Shown: positions 58,970-64,000 of the stretch, piece after piece
Layout of the letters: each line of letters begins with the position of its first letter
How positions within the stretch are numbered: position 1 is the stretch's first letter
Source: the human T2T-CHM13v2.0 reference genome, Homo sapiens
DNA length: 64,000 nucleotides
Assembly: GCF_009914755.1 (NCBI RefSeq)
Contig: NC_060929.1
Strand: one strand, 5' to 3'
The notes under the pieces: generated by a model
Seen by the model: only the letters and a program-made list of their open reading frames with translations
Told to the model about the DNA's origin: nothing
Database searches by the model: none
Made by a program: the position numbers and the translations under genes

Positions 58970-59668
58970 ATGTTCTATGTGATGGTCAGCTTCCCACACA
59001 TGCGTGTACTGCAGCAACAACATCACACAGGTGCAATTCACCATGAAAGAAATCTGTGCTATGCCAATCTTCCCAGGATAACAAGTATTGTGCAGTGTGG
59101 GCTGGACACAGCAAAAGACCTGAGCCAGGACAGCTCAGGACATGGAAATGCCCAGGCTCAAAGGTGGTATTGCTCACAAGGGCACTCACTGAAGCCATAC
59201 AAAAAGCTCCTTCCTAAGCCAGTGCACCAGGCTGGTGCCCATACCATCATCTGTAAGAGATCCATAGCGTGGCCCTGGATGTGCAGAAAAGTGTGTGCAG
59301 AGCCAGCACAGGCTGTGCACTGGAGCAAGGCCCCTGGGGAGCTCAGCTCTCCCAGGCTGGCCTGCCCGACCCCAGGCGTGATGGGCAAGCTCCGCTATGT
59401 GCTTGCTTCATCTCTCCTCTTCCACTTCCTGCATGGTTTCTGCTCGTCCTGGTTGTATCTGGAATGGGTTGGCCCTGAGATGCTCTCTGTCCTTCTCCCA
59501 CACTGGGGCAAGGCTTTGCTTATGTCGGAGGCTGAGAAGGTCCCTGCCATTTTTGAGGGTCCTGGAGATGAACGGTTATACTCCAAGTGCCTGTTGTTTA
59601 CATCGGGCCTGATTCTACACAGAATATTCAATGAGTGTCAAGAATTTGTGGCATGTTCTGGCCTTTGA
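58970..59668 (+). other. Uninterrupted 232-codon ORF in apparently unique sequence; coding status unproven
   Basis: ATG at 58970 (A at -3), TGA at 59666-68, AATAAA at 59735; no protein family recognised. Confidence 0.2.
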
Positions 59669-62214
59669 AATATAATTTTGTTTGTTTTCTCTAGGGTTGT
59701 GTGTGTGAGTCAAAATAAGTACGTAGACTTAACAAATAAATATGCTTTTACTAGATTTTAAAAGAAAAGGGTGACTTGGGCTTCTGGGGGTAACATTTTA
59801 CTTAGAGAAATTTTAATGTTATTTAAGCAGCAGTTTTGGGTATTTATTCCCAGTGATAAGGGTGGAAGTCCAAAAATGAATCCTAACCACTTAGCTGTGT
59901 TGTGCAACCAACATTCCTGTTTTTCTTCTACATGCAGAACTATTTAAAACTTCCAGTAAATGTCTTTCACTAACACATACATAGTACTTTAGGGGGCATA
60001 AAGATAAATACAAGTAACTTTCTGCCTTTAAATTTAGTTCAAAAAATAATAGGATAAAAAATATGCATTAGCTTTTAGAGATATCGTACTGTTCTTCCTC
60101 TTCTGACTAAAAGTGTTTGTAAATTTCTTCTTCTTCTTTTGCTAATTTCAACTGGGGAGTTAAACGTGTGTCTGTGTGAAGTCCCAATCTGCAAGTGTTA
60201 CTGTAATCTACATCAAAAACTGCACAGGCAGAAGGGCAAATGAGACTCAAGTACAAATAACAGAAAAACTGTATTAGTGCAGAATTTCCAGGGAGACAAT
60301 CCTAAGATTAAGGCAGTCCCTAGCCCATAGAATAGGGAATCATAGAAACTTAAGAGCTAGTAACCCTTGGTATCGCAGTCCTTAAGCATCAGTCAGTCCT
60401 TACAGCCAATGGAGATGAAAGCAAGAGGACAAAAGTGACTTTTAAAAATTTGTAATCATAAAACAGAAAATCATTAAGATGAATAATAAACTCATTTAGG
60501 ACACTTTTGGTTTTAAAAATGTCAGCTATGGGATACTTTTTAATCAAAGCAAACTTACTCAGGATAAAAATTCAGGGAACCATTTCAAGAGTTCCATGGT
60601 ATCAGCCCCAGGAAGCCACAGCCCATCCACAGAGCAGCAGGTTCCCAGATCTCTCTGTAGATACAGTATCCAATATGTCTGTCAGGTCCTGAAACGTCCA
60701 AAGGGTGCTCGGACAATACTGCAGATACTCAAACCCTCCTGCGAGGCTTTAACGTTAATGACTACACTTATTCATTTCTAGAAATTCTATTTTTTCCTTT
60801 TTCAAATTTTAGAGTCTCTTATTTTCTCTTTTCATTCAGTTTCCTCTAGTAACTTCAATTCCTGGGTTGCTAATCACTCTGTTGAAATTGCTGATTATTC
60901 ATGGTGACTCACTCATCTTGTCACCTGGAATTTTTAAATCTGAGCTCATTTTCAGTGGGGTGTTCTCTCCTTTCTTGTGGGATTCTTGCACGATCAACTT
61001 TGTGGAAGGGCCTGAAGAGAAGAGTCACATTTGCCTGTGCTGTGGCCCTAAGGGTTTCTACATAAGTCTCCAGTTTAAATTTTTCAGCTTGGGTTTCTGC
61101 AGGTCATATATAACTCTCTACGCTCAAGCAGGTCTGGAGTTTGGGTTTCTCATGGGAGAACGTTTTCCTCACCCAAGACCCCTGAGATGGCAAGTTGCTC
61201 TGCTGATCTCAAACAAGTGTTCAGGGAGTTTCTAGCTCTTTCCACAGCTGAGGCTGCCCTTTGCCTCCAGTCTTTGTGCAGGGATGCCATGCCAGCTTCC
61301 TCTACATCCAGCCTAAGGATGTAAAACAAAGTTGCATGTGATTTCTCCATGTTGGGTGCCTGCAGATTTCCTTTTTTCCCCCTGGAAATCAGATATGTAT
61401 TAATATTTTTGCATGCAGATTGTAATTTATTCCTGACCTCTGAAGAGTTTCTGGTGTGCAGGAAGAAGATCAGCCAATATCAGTTCAGTCACCCACATTG
61501 TTGGGAGTTGCATAAATCGATATGCAAGAGAGTACACGAAATCCACAATCCTTTAAAGTTACTTTCAGCACAGAAAGGCATAACACTGCTGCATTTATTG
61601 GAGCACCAGGGCCCTGAAACCTGGATGCACGTTCAGAGAAGTCAGTCCATCAGCTGACACTGCTTGTTACAAACAGATGATGATCACATCACAGGGGCTG
61701 ACAAAGAAAGGTTCTAAGTATTATCTGCTCAAGACCAGAACACCCAGACCCACACAGTTAAGGCCAGCTTCTCAGAAAATTCTCCACCCTTGTAGATGCC
61801 CACTCAACACTTTCTCAACATAATTTATTTTTCTTAGGTAATTTTAAATATTCAAGTATTTTTCCTTCCTTTTATAAACCTTTTCCAATGCTCCATTTTC
61901 ATCTTGAAAGCCATCATCGTAGATTTTTCCCTCCTCTCACCACCTGGCCCAATTTAATCAGGGATTAAGTGCTATTAATTCCACTGCTTTGCACCTTGCT
62001 TCCTGCCTCCATTTAGTCTCACTGCTGTTGCCTTCGTTCAAGCCCTTGACCATGCCTCCTCTGGCCTGGTCTGAGTCTTCACAGGGCTACCGGAGTGCAT
62101 ATCTTATGACTCAATACCTTAGAGGCTCCAAATATAATTGAAATATGTTCTAAATTGCTTAGTACAGCATATAATAATTCTATGCTATCCAACTCCACTC
62201 TCGCCCCCTCCTTC

Positions 62215-63000
62215 TTTATAAAACACACCCTATTATCAGGATAGTTTTAGATTTATAGAAAAATTGAGAACATAGGCCAGGCACGGTGGCTCACACCTGT
62301 AATCCTAGCACTTTGGGAGGCCGAGACAGGCGGATCACCTGAGGTCAGGAGTTCGAGACCAGGCTGACTAACATGGAGAAACCTCATCTCCATTAAAATA
62401 CAAAATTAGCTGGGCATGGTGGTGCATGCCTGTAATCCCAGCTACTCGGGAGACTGAGGCAGGAGGATTGCTTGAACTTGGGAGGCGGAGATTTGGTGAG
62501 CCGAGATTGTGCCATTGCACTCCAGCCTGGGTAACAAGAATGAAACTCTGTCTTAAAAAAAAGAAAAATTGAGAAGATAGTACAGAGAGTTTTGATTGTC
62601 CCATACCTAGTTGATCCCCTATTATAAACATCTTATATTAATACGGCTCATTTGTCACAATTATTCAGTCAAGAATATGATCACTGACTAAAGTCCTTGG
62701 TTTATTTAGATTTCCTTCATTTGTAATCTAATGTCCTTTTTCTGTCCCACGACCCCCTCCAGGATTCCACATTGCATTTATTCATCCTGCCTCCTTAAGC
62801 TCTCCTTGGCTATGACAGTTCCTCAAGCTTTCCTTATTTTCAATGACCCTGACGGTTTTGATGAGTACTGGTCAAATGTTTTGTAGAATGTCCCACTATT
62901 AGGATTCATCTGAGATTTTTCTCGTGATCTCATGATTAAACTGGGATGATAGGATTTGGAGAGGAAGACCACAGAAGTGAAATCACATTTTCATCACAAT
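62215..63000 (-). mobile_element. L1MC-type 3' end interrupted by AluSp
   Basis: 'agttttagatttatagaaaaattgag...gtacagagagtt...atttagatttcc...cctaatgtcctttttctg-like...ggaggaagaccacagaagtgaa'. Confidence 0.85.
62275..62561 (+). mobile_element. AluSp
   Basis: 'ctgactaacatggagaaacc', 'gcatgcc', 'aacaagaatgaaact'; TSD agaaaaattgagaa(c/g)ata. Confidence 0.96.
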
Positions 63001-63068
63001 ATGGGCAGAGCTGGGTTTCAACCAAGATGTCTAAGTATCTAAGTCCTTTTACTTTAGCTATTATTTGA

Positions 63069-63411
<343 letters not shown>

Positions 63412-64000
63412 CAAAGTCTATAATTTTAACGCATTTTCTATCTTTTAATGTAGTTTTTAATTTTCTTGTCATACATACAGATTTTATAGTCTAAAAAATG
63501 AATGTAAACACATTTGAATGCTTTTCTGCTGAATTAAAAAAGTTTCTTCGATTGTTTCTTTAACAAAGAGAATCAAGGACTGATTATACTCAGAATACAC
63601 TGTTTCCTACTTTTAAAAAAATCACAGTGATGTTATCAACGTTTCTAAATAACAAATTCTAGTAATAGAATAATGGTTTTGATAAAGGTATTTACCAACA
63701 GTAAATGCTAAACAAATTGAGAGCACTTGATACTAATTAGTGTGTCCTCTCTATCTGACAGGCATAGCTTGACTATGACTTTTAAAAGCTCAGGAAGTTC
63801 ATTCTATAAAGGCCAAAAAGTGGTCCATTAAATATCATGACAAAATCATTCTGAGAAAAATTGATACAGAAGCTTGCTGTCCTTGTCAAGGCTTAATTCC
63901 AAATAGGAGTTACCAATGCCAAAAAGAATAAATATCACTCTCCAGAAGAATAGGAATTAGGTTTAATATGGCATTAATTCCCAAAGTGAAGCCAAAAAGA

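Overview
Repeat-rich, AT-rich non-coding primate DNA, most likely human (23 Alu elements of the J, S and Y lineages). It is intronic or intergenic: I recognise no protein-coding exon, CpG island or intact RNA gene, and cannot name the locus. It contains L1 3' ends, L2 and MIR relics, MaLR LTRs (MLT1, MSTA, THE1C), ERV1/ERVL solo LTRs, DNA transposons (HSMAR2, MER45, MER58A, MER94, Tigger4a, MER5-like) and several microsatellites. Subfamily calls come from remembered consensus sequences, not from a RepeatMasker run. The most unusual features are: (1) an internally deleted HSMAR2 mariner that keeps both TIRs and whose deletion junction is filled by a ~30-39 bp 5S rRNA fragment; (2) a ~61 bp inverted copy of nearby unique DNA inserted into an AluJ; (3) an ~85 bp near-perfect AT-rich palindrome; (4) a 232-codon non-repeat ORF followed by AATAAA; (5) a mosaic AluY/Sc8-Sp element with its target-site duplication (TSD) intact. 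I see no evidence for a multi-gene novel system. The best candidates are footprints of DNA repair and possible regulatory elements.
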